DNA of 64,000 bases from Myxococcota bacterium (GTDB lineage Bacteria; Myxococcota_A; UBA9160; SZUA-336): the NCBI GenBank assembly GCA_965247115.1, contig CBDFGR010000003.1, forward strand, positions 480,001 through 544,000, in the 5' to 3' direction. Below the pieces are notes generated by a model. It was not told where the DNA came from. It did not search any database and saw nothing but the letters and a program-made list of their open reading frames with translations. Both the position numbers and the translations under genes were made by a program. How positions within the stretch are numbered: position 1 is the first letter of the stretch; each line of letters begins with the position of its first letter. Shown here piece by piece: positions 26,431 to 36,720 of the stretch.

Positions 26431-27717
26431 GTGGGCGGCTGCGGGGTCGAGGCGTTCTTGTTCTACGGCTGGGTCATCGTTGCGGTCACTTTCCTGACGC
26501 AGTTCGTGGCAGTCGGGACCACCTTCTACTCGTTCGGCGTGCTGCAGAAGCCGTTCGCGGAGGACCTCGGCGGCTCGCGTATGGCCGTGGGCGCCGCGAT
26601 GCCTCTCATGATGATCGTCGTCGGGCTGGCGGGTCCCTTCATCGGGCGCGCCATCGACAGAGGCTCGATCCGTGCCGTGATGCTACTCGGTGTCGGGGCG
26701 CTCTCCGCGGGCTTTCTCACACTTTCCCGCGTAGAAGAGCTCTGGCAGTTCTACCTGGTGTTCGGGCTGGTGATCTCGCTGGGGATGGCCCTGGTGGGCG
26801 GCATCGCGAACACGGCACTCGTGGCTACCTGGTTCGTATGGCGCCGTGGCACCGCGCTCGGGATCTCGCAGATCGGGACCACGATCTCGGGAATGGTCAC
26901 GGCTTACGCCGCGAGCTGGCTCGTAGCCGAGCTGGGCTGGCGTGGTACCGCCGTGGTCTATGGCGTCGCTCCGCTCGCCCTGCTGCTGCCTGTGGTCTGG
27001 TTTCTGGTGGTGGCTCGTCCGGAAGACCGCCAGCTGCGACCGGACGGGGGTGCGCATCGCCATGGAGAGCACGAGCCGCCCAGCCCGACCGCATGGACGT
27101 TCGGACGGGTACTGCGTGAGCGGACCATCTGGCTCATCGCGCTCGTCGTCGGCCTCAGCTTCGCCGGGACCACAGCCGTCATTCTGCAGATTTACCCACA
27201 CGTCACCGACCTCGGCTACAGCGCCTCCCAGGCCGCGGCCGTCCTCTCCGTGATGGCCGGCACGGGGGCGCTCGGAAAAATCCTGTTCGGGTGGCTGGCG
27301 GACCGCTACGACAGGCGCGGCTGCATGTGGGGCGCGATTCTGTTCCAGGTTCTCGGGCTGGTCGGGATCATAAACGCCGGAACGCACGTGTCTCTGCTCG
27401 GCTCGGGAGCCCTGTTCGGACTCGGATTCGGAGGCGTCCTCCCGCTCTGGGGCGTCCTGCTCGGCGCAGCCTACGGTCGTGCGGAGTTCGGACGCATCCT
27501 CGGACTCATGTCGCCCATGATGATCCCGTTTGAGACGCTCGGCATTCCCTTCGCGGGCTGGGTGTTCGACAGGACCGGCAGCTACAACGGCGCCTTCCTG
27601 ACCTTCCTCGGCCTGTACGCCATCGCGGCCGTTGCGCTGGTCTTCCTTCGTCTACCGGCCCGCGCCACCCTGGAGGCTCGCGAGCGGCTGCCGGATCTCC
27701 TCGAGCACGTAGACTGA
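26431..27717 (+). CDS. MFS transporter
   Basis: About 12 TM segments; motif A GRAIDRGSIR and GWLADRYDRR; FYGWVIV N-terminus. Confidence 0.92.
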   Translation: MGGCGVEAFLFYGWVIVAVTFLTQFVAVGTTFYSFGVLQKPFAEDLGGSRMAVGAAMPLMMIVVGLAGPFIGRAIDRGSIRAVMLLGVGALSAGFLTLSRVEELWQFYLVFGLVISLGMALVGGIANTALVATWFVWRRGTALGISQIGTTISGMVTAYAASWLVAELGWRGTAVVYGVAPLALLLPVVWFLVVARPEDRQLRPDGGAHRHGEHEPPSPTAWTFGRVLRERTIWLIALVVGLSFAGTTAVILQIYPHVTDLGYSASQAAAVLSVMAGTGALGKILFGWLADRYDRRGCMWGAILFQVLGLVGIINAGTHVSLLGSGALFGLGFGGVLPLWGVLLGAAYGRAEFGRILGLMSPMMIPFETLGIPFAGWVFDRTGSYNGAFLTFLGLYAIAAVALVFLRLPARATLEARERLPDLLEHVD

Positions 27718-28923
27718 CACATCGGTGCGTCGGCCTGCTTCCCGGATCAGGGCCAACGCCTCCTGATCGCTCAGGCTCGCAGACAGACTCTCAAACACGC
27801 CGCGGTAGTGGTAGTCGGGGTCGACTCGAACCCTGGCGACGAGCTCGCGTGCGGTGTCAGCACGGGCGACCTCGTACTCGAGCCGGACCGACTCCCCTGG
27901 CAGCACGCGGGTGTCGAAGATCTCCACCAACCGCGCCAGGTCGACCTCTCTACCGATCGTACCCACGACACGGGTCTCCTCGAGCTCTTGCCCGTCGCCA
28001 GCGACCTGCACCACCTCCAGGAAGACCCGCGGGGTGACGTAGGTCGGGAAGGCGTGACCCACGTCACGGTTCGCGAGCACGAGTGTCGCGCGCAGCACGG
28101 CAGCATCCGGGGCGCTGGGGAAGAACTCGACCTCCACCGCCTGTCTCACCATCTCGGGATCGTGGATGCCCTGCCACAGGTGTGCGCGATCTGGCATGTG
28201 GCAGTCCTGACACTGACGACCGGCCAGGGCCTGGGGACTCCGCTCCCACTCGCGAAACGTGTTCTCGAGCGGCTTGCCATTCACTCCCGGATCATCGAAG
28301 AACTGGTGGCATTCCGCACAGAAGCGACTCTCGAGGTACTCGTCGCGGATCTCGAAGCCCCCGTGCGGCAGGGGATCGGCCTGCGGACCTGCGTCGGCGC
28401 GCCGGGGCGGTCCGAAGGTGCGGTGCCCTCGCCGGTGGCAGCCTGCGCAGACGAGGCCTTGCGAGCGAAGCTCCGCATCGAAGCTGGGATTGGGGCGAAG
28501 CGACGCGTCGAAGGGCTGCTGCTCGCCTAGCGGAGCATGGCAGGAGAGACAGTTCCGTACCTGAAACGGCGGGGCGAGGCTGCCCTCGATGAGTTGCCCG
28601 GCCAGACCTGGCGAGTAGGCAGCAGCGTGAAGCGAGCCCCGCCATTCCGCGAACTGCTCGGGATGACACGCGCCGCACGTCGCGGGATCGAGCGAGGCCT
28701 CGACTGCGGAGAAGCTCGCGGGTGGCGGTCCTTGCGCGGCGGCGGGAATGCTCCAGTGCGCGGCCAGAAAGGGCCCGAGCGTGCCAAGACGCTGCGTCGT
28801 GTCGTCCGCGGCGACGGGCTCCGGTGGCGCGAGCTCACCGTTCCCGCAGCTTGCCAGGACGAGGACCGGAGCCAGCAGACAGCAGCGCCGGAGCAAACCT
28901 CGCCTTGCGGAAACAGCGGGCAC
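27652..28923 (-). CDS. Pentaheme c-type cytochrome lipoprotein (c554/c552-like); start approximate
   Basis: CGACH, CLSCH, CAGCH, CAECH and CQDCH motifs; lipobox LAS-C; W..S.HA motif. Confidence 0.88.
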   Translation of the reverse strand: MPAVSARRGLLRRCCLLAPVLVLASCGNGELAPPEPVAADDTTQRLGTLGPFLAAHWSIPAAAQGPPPASFSAVEASLDPATCGACHPEQFAEWRGSLHAAAYSPGLAGQLIEGSLAPPFQVRNCLSCHAPLGEQQPFDASLRPNPSFDAELRSQGLVCAGCHRRGHRTFGPPRRADAGPQADPLPHGGFEIRDEYLESRFCAECHQFFDDPGVNGKPLENTFREWERSPQALAGRQCQDCHMPDRAHLWQGIHDPEMVRQAVEVEFFPSAPDAAVLRATLVLANRDVGHAFPTYVTPRVFLEVVQVAGDGQELEETRVVGTIGREVDLARLVEIFDTRVLPGESVRLEYEVARADTARELVARVRVDPDYHYRGVFESLSASLSDQEALALIREAGRRTDVSVYVLEEIRQPLASLQGGAGR

Positions 28924-29052
28924 TTCAGCAGCCAATACGCGACGCCATTCGCACAGGTTACGGCGTCTGTCGCCGGAAGATCGAGCGTAGCCCTGCCTGG
29001 CGGCTCCGCTCGACAAATCGCAGACTGCAGCACTCGGGCCACGGGGGCGGAC

Positions 29053-30456
29053 GTGACAGGGACAGCAACGGATGACTTTGCGATCCCGGATCTGGAGAGC
29101 GTCCGACGCCTGATCCCGAAGTACGAGCGACCGGGCCCGCGCTACACCAGCTATCCAACTGCGCCGGTGTGGAGCGAGGAGTTCGGAGAGGACGAGCTCC
29201 GCGACGCGCTCGCGAGGGCCACGGACCGACCGCTCTCGCTCTACATCCACATCCCGTTCTGCGAGCGTCTCTGCACCTTCTGCGCGTGCAACCGCACGAT
29301 CACGCGCGACCACTCCGTAGCCGGCCCCTACCTCGATTCGCTCGAAGACGAGGCCCGAAAGGTCGCGGAGACCATCGGTGGAGAGCGCCCCTGCGTCCAG
29401 CTCGCGGTCGGGGGGGGCACACCGACCTATCTCTCGGAGCTCGAGCTCGCGCGCATGTGCGAGATCGCAGACGCTCACTTCCCACCGCGCCCCGGTGCGG
29501 AGCGCAGCATCGAGGTCGATCCCCGCGTGACCCGGCGCGAGCAGCTCGAGGTGCTGGCGGAGCACGGCTTCAATCGCATCAGCCTCGGAGTTCAGGACAT
29601 GTCGCCGAAGGTGCAGAAGGCCATCAACCGGGTCCAGCCGCGCGCCATGACCGAGGAGCTCACGGAGAGCGCGCGCGCACTGGGTTTTGGCTCCGTCAAC
29701 TTCGATCTGATCTACGGTCTGCCCTTCCAGACCACCGACTCCTTCGACGACACGCTCACTCAGGTGATCGAGCTGCGGCCCGACCGCATCGCCCTGTACA
29801 GCTACGCACACGTGACCTGGATCTCGAAGCAGCAGAGGGGCTTCGAGAACAAGGACCTGCCGTCGGCCGAGCAAAAGCTCGCGATCTTCCTGCTGGCGAA
29901 CGAACGCCTGGCGGAAGCGGGCTACCTGTTCTTCGGGCTCGACCACTTCGCGCTGCCGGACGACGAGCTCTCGAGCGCCGCGCGCGGCGGCGACCTGCGC
30001 CGCAACTTCATGGGCTACACGACGAAGGCCAGCGTGGATCTGATCGGTCTCGGCGCCAGCGGCATCTCGGAGCTGTCCGACGCCTACGCGCAGTCGCTGC
30101 GTACGCCCGCGGAGTGGAGCGAACGCATCCGCGCGGGCAGGCTGGCCACGATGCGGGGCTGGTCGCTGTCCGAGGACGACCTGCGACGCAAGTGGCTCAT
30201 TCAACGGCTCATGTGCCAGGGCGAGATCAGCCCGCACGCGTACGAGGACAGCTTTGGGGAGCCGCTGTCTGCACGCATCCCCTCGCTGGAAGAACGGCTG
30301 GCGCCGCTCGTCGCGGATGGCCTGCTCTCGACCCGGGGAGACGAGTACGAGCTCACGCCGCGCGGTCGCGTGTTCCTGCGACCCGTGGCCATGACCTTCG
30401 ACGCGTATCTCAGCGAGCAGGACTCCTCGCGTCCAAGATTCTCCAGCACGCTGTGA
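29053..30456 (+). CDS. hemN: Oxygen-independent coproporphyrinogen III oxidase
   Basis: GPRYTSYPTA, LYIHIPFCxxxCxFC, GGGTPT, S.GVQD, DHFA and RNFMGY motifs. Confidence 0.95.
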   Translation: MTGTATDDFAIPDLESVRRLIPKYERPGPRYTSYPTAPVWSEEFGEDELRDALARATDRPLSLYIHIPFCERLCTFCACNRTITRDHSVAGPYLDSLEDEARKVAETIGGERPCVQLAVGGGTPTYLSELELARMCEIADAHFPPRPGAERSIEVDPRVTRREQLEVLAEHGFNRISLGVQDMSPKVQKAINRVQPRAMTEELTESARALGFGSVNFDLIYGLPFQTTDSFDDTLTQVIELRPDRIALYSYAHVTWISKQQRGFENKDLPSAEQKLAIFLLANERLAEAGYLFFGLDHFALPDDELSSAARGGDLRRNFMGYTTKASVDLIGLGASGISELSDAYAQSLRTPAEWSERIRAGRLATMRGWSLSEDDLRRKWLIQRLMCQGEISPHAYEDSFGEPLSARIPSLEERLAPLVADGLLSTRGDEYELTPRGRVFLRPVAMTFDAYLSEQDSSRPRFSSTL

Positions 30457-30890
30457 CTCTGCTGTGGCTGAAAGCGCTGCACCTGATCGCGGTGGTGGCC
30501 TGGTTCGCGGGGCTCTTCTACATGTTCCGCCTTTTTGTCTACCACGCGGAGAACACGGAAAAGCCGGAGGTCACCGACGTGCTCAAGACGATGGCCTGGC
30601 GCCTGTATCGCGTGATCACCACACCCGCGCTGATCGCGAGCTTCGTGTTCGGGCTCGGAATGGTCGCGCTCCAACCGGGCTACCTGAGCCTTGGCTGGTT
30701 CCAGGCGAAGCTCGGGCTCGTGCTGGGTCTCGCCGGCTACCACGGCTACGTCGGCAGGGTGCGGCGCCGCTTTGCCGCCGACGACGTGTACCTGACTTCG
30801 CGCCAGTGCAGGATTCGCAACGAGATCCCGACGCTGTTCCTGATCGCAATCGTGCTGCTGGCGGTCCTGAGACCCCTCGCCGGCGCGTAG
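30453..30890 (+). CDS. hemJ: Protoporphyrinogen oxidase HemJ (CopD family)
   Basis: WLKALHLIAVVAWFAGLFY..RLFVYH, W..AKL and NEIPT motifs; GTGA overlap with hemN. Confidence 0.92.
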   Translation: MTLLWLKALHLIAVVAWFAGLFYMFRLFVYHAENTEKPEVTDVLKTMAWRLYRVITTPALIASFVFGLGMVALQPGYLSLGWFQAKLGLVLGLAGYHGYVGRVRRRFAADDVYLTSRQCRIRNEIPTLFLIAIVLLAVLRPLAGA

Positions 30891-30979
30891 CTTGCCTTGG
30901 CGCCCGGACGCCTGGCCTTCGGGTGCCGTCATGCGCCACACTCGGGACAGACAACGGATCGAGCCGAGAGGTGACAGCC

Positions 30980-32236
30980 ATGAAGTTCGGGATCTTCTAC
31001 GAGCACCAGCTCCCGCGCCCCTGGAGCGAGGGAGCCGAGCTCCAGCTGTTTCAGGAAGCTCTGGACCAGGTCGAGCTCGCCGATCGCATTGGCATCGACT
31101 ACGCCTGGGAGGTGGAGCACCACTTCCTGGAGGAGTACTCGCACTCTTCGGCACCCGAGGTATTCCTCGCCGCCTGCTCGCAGCGGACGCAGCGAATCCG
31201 CCTCGCGCACGGGATCGTGCTCATGCCCTCGGGCTACAACCATCCCGCTCGCGTCGCGGAACGCGTCGCGACGCTGGATCTGGTCTCGAACGGCCGAGTC
31301 GAGTTCGGCACGGGCGAGTCTGCGTCGCTCGCAGAGCTCGGCGGCTTCCGCGTCGCCGTCGAGAGCAAGCGCGAGGAGTGGCAGGAGTCGGTGGAGCAGG
31401 CGGCGAACATGCTCGCCATCGATCCCTACCCCGGCTTCGAGGGCAAATACTTCAGCATGCCCTGCCGCAACGTCGTGCCGAAACCGGTGCAGCGCCCCCA
31501 CCCGCCGCTGTGGGTGGCATGCTCCAACCGGGAGACGATTCACGTCGCTGCAAAGCTCGGGATGGGTGCGCTCACATTCGCGTTTATCGACCCGGAAGAG
31601 GCCAAGAAGTGGGTGGACGACTACTACACCATCCTGAAGACCGAGTGCGTTCCGATCGGTCACGCGATCAACCCGAACATCGCGATGGTCACGGGCTTCT
31701 CCTGTCATCACGACGAGGAAGAAGCGAGGCGCAGGGGCATGGACGGCTTCCGCTTCTTCGGGTACGCGCTCGGCCATCACTACATCTACGGCGAGCACAC
31801 GCCCGGCCGGACGAATATCTGGGAGCGCTTCGAAGCCGCGCGAGACAATATGCCCCAGGAGGGAGCGAACCGCGGGATCGGTACGCCGGAGCAGCTCCGC
31901 GAGCACTTGCGGGGCTTTCAAGAGGCCGGTGTCGACCAGGTCTGCTTCATCCAGCAGGGCGGGCGGAACAAGCACGCGCACATCTGCGAGTCACTGGAGC
32001 TGTTCGGCAAGGAGGTCATGCCGGAGTTCCACGAGCACGAAGAGGAACGCGAACGCCGCAAGCGGGACGAGCTCGCACCCTTCCTCGAGCAAGCCCTGGC
32101 TCGCAAGCAATATCTGAAGCCGCTCGCGGACGACGAGATTCCGAAGGTGGTCGCCTTGGGGCGCGAGATCGTTCAAGAGCTTCCGAAGAGACAGGGCGCG
32201 CTCAGCGTTCCCCTTCACGATCCCGCCGAGGGCTAG
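30980..32236 (+). CDS. LLM-class flavin-dependent oxidoreductase
   Basis: MKFGIFYE, VEHHF.EEYS.S..PEVFL, HPARVAE...LD..S.GR and PKP.Q.PHPP motifs. Confidence 0.92.
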   Translation: MKFGIFYEHQLPRPWSEGAELQLFQEALDQVELADRIGIDYAWEVEHHFLEEYSHSSAPEVFLAACSQRTQRIRLAHGIVLMPSGYNHPARVAERVATLDLVSNGRVEFGTGESASLAELGGFRVAVESKREEWQESVEQAANMLAIDPYPGFEGKYFSMPCRNVVPKPVQRPHPPLWVACSNRETIHVAAKLGMGALTFAFIDPEEAKKWVDDYYTILKTECVPIGHAINPNIAMVTGFSCHHDEEEARRRGMDGFRFFGYALGHHYIYGEHTPGRTNIWERFEAARDNMPQEGANRGIGTPEQLREHLRGFQEAGVDQVCFIQQGGRNKHAHICESLELFGKEVMPEFHEHEEERERRKRDELAPFLEQALARKQYLKPLADDEIPKVVALGREIVQELPKRQGALSVPLHDPAEG

Positions 32237-33237
32237 CCCTCGGCGGACGCGGCGAGCCTCGCGAGCTGATCGAGGCTAGCGCGCTCACCGATCACGACGA
32301 GGTGATCGCCGGCTGCGACCGGCCTGTCGTCGGTGGGAACGAGCTCGATGTCTTCTTCGCCGCGCTTGAGAGCGACGACGCGCATGCGCGCGCTGGCCTG
32401 CTCCAGATCTCCCACGTGTTGCCCCACGAGGCTGGAACGTTCCTCGACACGGATCTCCTCCAGATCCACCTCCGCGTGGGAGAGGGGCCGAGAGATCTCC
32501 AGGAAGTCGACGACCGCGGGCCGCAGGATCGAGCTGGCGAGGCGCAGGCCGCCCAGCTGATAGGCAGAAATCACGTGGTCCGCGCCAGCCAGCCGGAGCC
32601 TGCGCAGCGCGCTCTCGCTCTCGCCGCGTGCGTGGATGCGGATCTCCGGGTGGTGCTCGCGCGCTGACAGGGTGATGAAGACGTTGTCCGGATCCGAGCC
32701 CGTGGCAACAACGATGGCGTTCGCGCGCACGATGCCCGCGTGCACGATCACGTCATCCGAGACCGCCGACCCGATCAAGTACGGAACCCCGAGCCGCGCC
32801 AGCTCGTCGTCTTTGCTCCTGTCCTGCTCGATGATCACCTGGGACCTCCCCGCGCTCCGAAGCTCCTCGACGACGATGCGCCCCAGGCGCCCGTAGCCGC
32901 AGATGATCACGTGCCCACTCAGCTGATCGATGTTCTTCTGCATAGCGTTCCTCGAGAAGAGATCGCGGAAGCGTCCCTCCAGCAATAGTGCGGCCGTCTG
33001 GCCGAGGAGATAGAAGACGAGACCGACGCCGCCTGCGATCAGGATTACGGTGAAGAGGCGACCCCCTCCGCTGAGCGGTCGGACCTCGCCGTAACCCACG
33101 GTGGAGATGGTGATGACCGTCATGTAGAGGGCCTCAGACCACGACATTCCCTCGACCAGGACGTAGCCCGCCGTGCCCGCGGCGGTGATCGCTGCCAGCC
33201 CGGCAAAGGGCGCGAACAGCCGCCGATACACGTTCAT
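32233..33237 (-). CDS. 2TM potassium channel with TrkA-N/TrkA-C (RCK) domains
   Basis: Filter TISTVGYGE; Rossmann HVIICGYGRLG. Confidence 0.92.
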   Translation of the reverse strand: MNVYRRLFAPFAGLAAITAAGTAGYVLVEGMSWSEALYMTVITISTVGYGEVRPLSGGGRLFTVILIAGGVGLVFYLLGQTAALLLEGRFRDLFSRNAMQKNIDQLSGHVIICGYGRLGRIVVEELRSAGRSQVIIEQDRSKDDELARLGVPYLIGSAVSDDVIVHAGIVRANAIVVATGSDPDNVFITLSAREHHPEIRIHARGESESALRRLRLAGADHVISAYQLGGLRLASSILRPAVVDFLEISRPLSHAEVDLEEIRVEERSSLVGQHVGDLEQASARMRVVALKRGEEDIELVPTDDRPVAAGDHLVVIGERASLDQLARLAASAEG

Positions 33238-34382
33238 CGGTTCCCGACCAGGAGCTGGGCCCGTACGACACCGAGAAGCGCTTCACGGGTCACCGCGCCC
33301 ACCAGTCGATCGTCGGAGACCACCGGCAGCTGGTTCACGCCGAGCTCGACCATGCGCGAGAGTGCCACGTGGCCGCTGTCCTCGGGTGAGACCACGGCGA
33401 GCTGGTCGGCTCCAAGCATGACCCGCAGAACCGGAGTCGTGGCCCGCTCGGTCGGCGGCGTCTGCGCGAGCTCCCGCAGCGTGACGAGGCCCCGCAGCCG
33501 ACCAGCTGCGTCGACCACGAAGAACGTGCGTCGGCCCTGTCGAAGCACCATGCCCTCGAGCACCTCGGCCACGCTCTCGTCCCCCGAAAGCAGCGCCTCG
33601 GTGACCGGAACCAGCGTCTCGCGCACCCAGACCCGGGCCAGCGCACGCTGCATCGCCTCCTGTCCCACCGTGGCACGCGATGCACTCAGCAGGAACCAGC
33701 CGATCAGTACGAACCAGATGCCCCCGACGAGCTGGCCTCCCAGGACGGCGCTCAGCGCTCCCACTCCCATCAGGGTCCAGGCGAAGATCGCCCCACATGC
33801 GCCCGCGACGCGGGTCGCCCGCGTGAAGTCGCCCGAGATCGACCACAGGATGCCGCGCAGCACCCTGCCACCGTCCAGAGGGAAGCCGGGAACCACGTTG
33901 AAGGCCGCGAGCAACAGGTTGATGCGCCCGAGCCAGCCGAGCCCGCGACGGACGAGGCCCCCCTCCGCCCCAACCCCGGTTGCGAGGCCGAGGAAGAAGA
34001 GGCCGAGCAGCACGCTCACCAGCGGTCCCGCCACGGCCACGACGATCTCTTCCCGAGGCCGCTTGGCCTCCGAGCTCAGCTCCGCCACCCCACCGAACAG
34101 GAACAGGGTGATCGAGCGCACCCGAATGCCGAGACGCTGCGCCGTCAGGCTGTGGCCGAGCTCGTGAAGCAGGATGGATGCGAAGAACACCAGGCTCACG
34201 AGCGCCGCCGCGAACCAGGCATCGATCCCCAGCACGCCCTCACCCGCAGCGAACTGCTGGGCGAGCGAGAACGTGACGAGCGCAAAGATCAGCAGCCAGC
34301 TGTAATCGACCAAAAGCTCGATTCCGGCCACCGTTCCGAGCTGCCAGCCCGTGCGCCGAACCGTGCCGCCACCCTGCGCCAT
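33234..34382 (-). CDS. Site-2 protease (M50) with CBS pair
   Basis: HELGH, AGPLVS and FNVVPGFPLDGGR motifs; C-terminal CBS repeats. Confidence 0.93.
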   Translation of the reverse strand: MAQGGGTVRRTGWQLGTVAGIELLVDYSWLLIFALVTFSLAQQFAAGEGVLGIDAWFAAALVSLVFFASILLHELGHSLTAQRLGIRVRSITLFLFGGVAELSSEAKRPREEIVVAVAGPLVSVLLGLFFLGLATGVGAEGGLVRRGLGWLGRINLLLAAFNVVPGFPLDGGRVLRGILWSISGDFTRATRVAGACGAIFAWTLMGVGALSAVLGGQLVGGIWFVLIGWFLLSASRATVGQEAMQRALARVWVRETLVPVTEALLSGDESVAEVLEGMVLRQGRRTFFVVDAAGRLRGLVTLRELAQTPPTERATTPVLRVMLGADQLAVVSPEDSGHVALSRMVELGVNQLPVVSDDRLVGAVTREALLGVVRAQLLVGNR

Positions 34383-34530
34383 GCCGACTCTTTAGCCACC
34401 CGGACCCCTTGTGCAAGCGGGGCGCGCTCGACGCGGGGGCAGCTGCTTGCCGAGCCGGAGGCCAGGGAGCGATACGCTGTAGTCATTATCACCCGGTTCG
34501 CGTAGGCTGGTCGCGGGGTTTGGAGGAACC

Positions 34531-34815
34531 GTGATCCAGTCAGCCGCGATCCTGCTGCTCGCCTCCCTGGCGGGCTCGCCTGCGGGAGAGATCGTTTGCG
34601 AGAGCCGGCGCGTGCCCGTGCTGTTCGCTGAGGGCGGGGCGCGAAAGCACTACGTCATGGAGGTCGAGACGCGCTGCTACCATCCGCCGCTCGGCCACCT
34701 GCAGCAGCTCAAGCTCGCGTGCGACCTCTTCCACAGCGCCTACGGAGCGGAAGAGGGCCAGGCCCGCTGCCAGGATCTGATCTCACGCTCCGGGCCACCC
34801 GAACTGGAGCGCTGA
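34531..34815 (+). CDS. Small secreted hypothetical protein (4 Cys)
   Basis: GGAGG RBS before GTG; signal-like N-terminus; fills the intergenic gap. Confidence 0.55.
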   Translation: MIQSAAILLLASLAGSPAGEIVCESRRVPVLFAEGGARKHYVMEVETRCYHPPLGHLQQLKLACDLFHSAYGAEEGQARCQDLISRSGPPELER

Positions 34816-34858
34816 GCGACCGGCTATAGCGGGCTGCCGCTGCGCTACTTTTAGGCCC

Positions 34859-35767
34859 GTGGAAGAGCGTGACCTGTACAACGACCTCGGAGTGTCCCGG
34901 GATGCGTCCGAGGACGAGATCCGACGAACGTACCGCAAGCTCGCGCGGCGCTATCACCCCGACGTGAATCCGAACGACCCCAAGGCCGAGGAGCGCTTCA
35001 AGCAGATCGCGTTCGCGAACGAGGTTCTCTCCGACAAGGAGAAGCGCGGCCGCTACGACGAGTTCGGGATGCAGGGGCTCGGGGAGGGCTTCGACCCGGA
35101 GCATGCGCGCGAGTACATGCGCTGGTCCAGGGGCGCACGGCGCAGCCCGGACCACGACGCCTTCAGCTCCACGATGGATCTCGACGACCTGCTCTCCGGG
35201 CTGTTCGGCCGACGGCGCGGGCCGACTCCGGGTCGAGACGCGCACGCCCAGATTGCGGTCGACTTTCTCGACGCAGTGAACGGTACGGAGGTCCCACTTC
35301 AGCTCGAGGGCAAGACCCTGCGGGTGCGCATCCCACCCGGCTCCGACGACGAGACCCGTCTCCGGCTGGCCGGCAAGGGACTGCCGTCGCCCGACGGGGG
35401 CGGGCCCGGTGACCTGTACCTGACGCTCGAGGTCCGCCCCGATTCGAACTTCACGCGCTTCGGACCCGATCTCTCTCTTGAGGTTCCGGTCACCCTGCCC
35501 GAGCTGATGCTAGGCGCCGCGATCCAGGTTCCCACCCCCGACGGTCTCGTGACCCTGAAGGTCCCGGCGCACTCCGCGAGCGGCCAGAAGCTGCGCCTGG
35601 CCGGCAAGGGGGTCGCGCGGCGCGAGGGCGGGCGCGGCGACCTCTTCGTGACCTTGGTCGCGGTGCTTCCCGACGCCGACCAGCCCGAGTACGACGAGCT
35701 GGCGGAGCAGCTGCGTGCCCTGTACGGGGACCGAGACGTTCGCGCGCAGCTCAGGAGCAAGACGTGA
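34859..35767 (+). CDS. cbpA: DnaJ-class curved DNA-binding protein
   Basis: J-domain with HPD; C-terminal GDLY/GDLF repeats; no zinc finger; followed by a cbpM-like gene. Confidence 0.88.
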   Translation: MEERDLYNDLGVSRDASEDEIRRTYRKLARRYHPDVNPNDPKAEERFKQIAFANEVLSDKEKRGRYDEFGMQGLGEGFDPEHAREYMRWSRGARRSPDHDAFSSTMDLDDLLSGLFGRRRGPTPGRDAHAQIAVDFLDAVNGTEVPLQLEGKTLRVRIPPGSDDETRLRLAGKGLPSPDGGGPGDLYLTLEVRPDSNFTRFGPDLSLEVPVTLPELMLGAAIQVPTPDGLVTLKVPAHSASGQKLRLAGKGVARREGGRGDLFVTLVAVLPDADQPEYDELAEQLRALYGDRDVRAQLRSKT

Positions 35768-36057
35768 GCTACTACACGCGCAAGCAGCTGCTGGAGTTTC
35801 TCGACACCGACGACGGCTTCATCACGTCGCTCCAGCAGGAGGAGATCATCGTCGTGGACTCGCCCGAAGAGGGTCTTGGCGAGTTCTCGGACCGTATGCT
35901 CGAGCGGGCGCGCGTGGCACAGAACCTGGTCCGCGATCTCGAGGTGAACATGGCGGGAGTCGCCGTCATCGTGCGCATGCGCGAGGAGATGGCCGAGCTG
36001 CGCCATCGCCTGGAGCAGCTGCTCGGCGAGGTCCGCAAGCACGAGGGCGGCTCGTAG
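35764..36057 (+). CDS. cbpM: Chaperone modulator CbpM (MerR-like)
   Basis: R....L.RDLEVN.AGV.VI pattern; GTGA overlap with cbpA. Confidence 0.82.
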   Translation: MSYYTRKQLLEFLDTDDGFITSLQQEEIIVVDSPEEGLGEFSDRMLERARVAQNLVRDLEVNMAGVAVIVRMREEMAELRHRLEQLLGEVRKHEGGS

Positions 36058-36062
36058 CGCTC

Positions 36063-36671
36063 TTGCAGGCCACAAAGCTGCCAGCGGAGTTCCTGCGCCA
36101 CCTCGAGGTGCTCGAGCGGGCCTACCTCGCGGAGAGCGATCCGATCCGGGCGAGCGGCTTTGCCGGTGGCGCGCTGCGCTGGCGGCGGGAGCGAGAGCCG
36201 TTGCTCGACGCCGTGGAGGCGGACGGAGATCTGCTCGACGTGGGTTGTGCGAACGGGCACCTCGCGGAATGTCTCGTCGATTGGGCGCGCGAGCGAGGCC
36301 GGCTAATAACTCCTTACGGTGTAGACTACGGAGAGCGCCTGATCACGCTCGCCCGGAGGCGACTACCGCACTGGGCGTCACACTTCTATGTCGGCAATGC
36401 CTGGGACTGGGAGCCGCCGCAACGCTACGGCTACGTGTACACCCTGTACGACTGCGTGCCCCGTTCGCACCTCGCTCGCTACCTGCAGCGTCTGTCGACC
36501 GAGTTCGTCGAGCCCGCGGGTCGACTCATCCTTGGCGCGTACGGCAGCCGCTCGCGCGGTTTCGCCCCCCCCGACGTGCGCGCCGCTCTCGAGCAAGCGG
36601 GCCTACGAGTCGCCGGCTCGAGCACAGGAGGCGACCCCCCCATAGCCACCTTCGCCTGGACCAACGTGTAA
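36063..36671 (+). CDS. Class I SAM-dependent methyltransferase (start uncertain)
   Basis: Motif I LLDVGCANG; YGVD; G.LI motif. Confidence 0.8.
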   Translation: MQATKLPAEFLRHLEVLERAYLAESDPIRASGFAGGALRWRREREPLLDAVEADGDLLDVGCANGHLAECLVDWARERGRLITPYGVDYGERLITLARRRLPHWASHFYVGNAWDWEPPQRYGYVYTLYDCVPRSHLARYLQRLSTEFVEPAGRLILGAYGSRSRGFAPPDVRAALEQAGLRVAGSSTGGDPPIATFAWTNV

Positions 36672-36720
36672 CTACCACCAACATACGCGATGACCCGCAC
36701 GCCATCGCAATCTACAAGGA

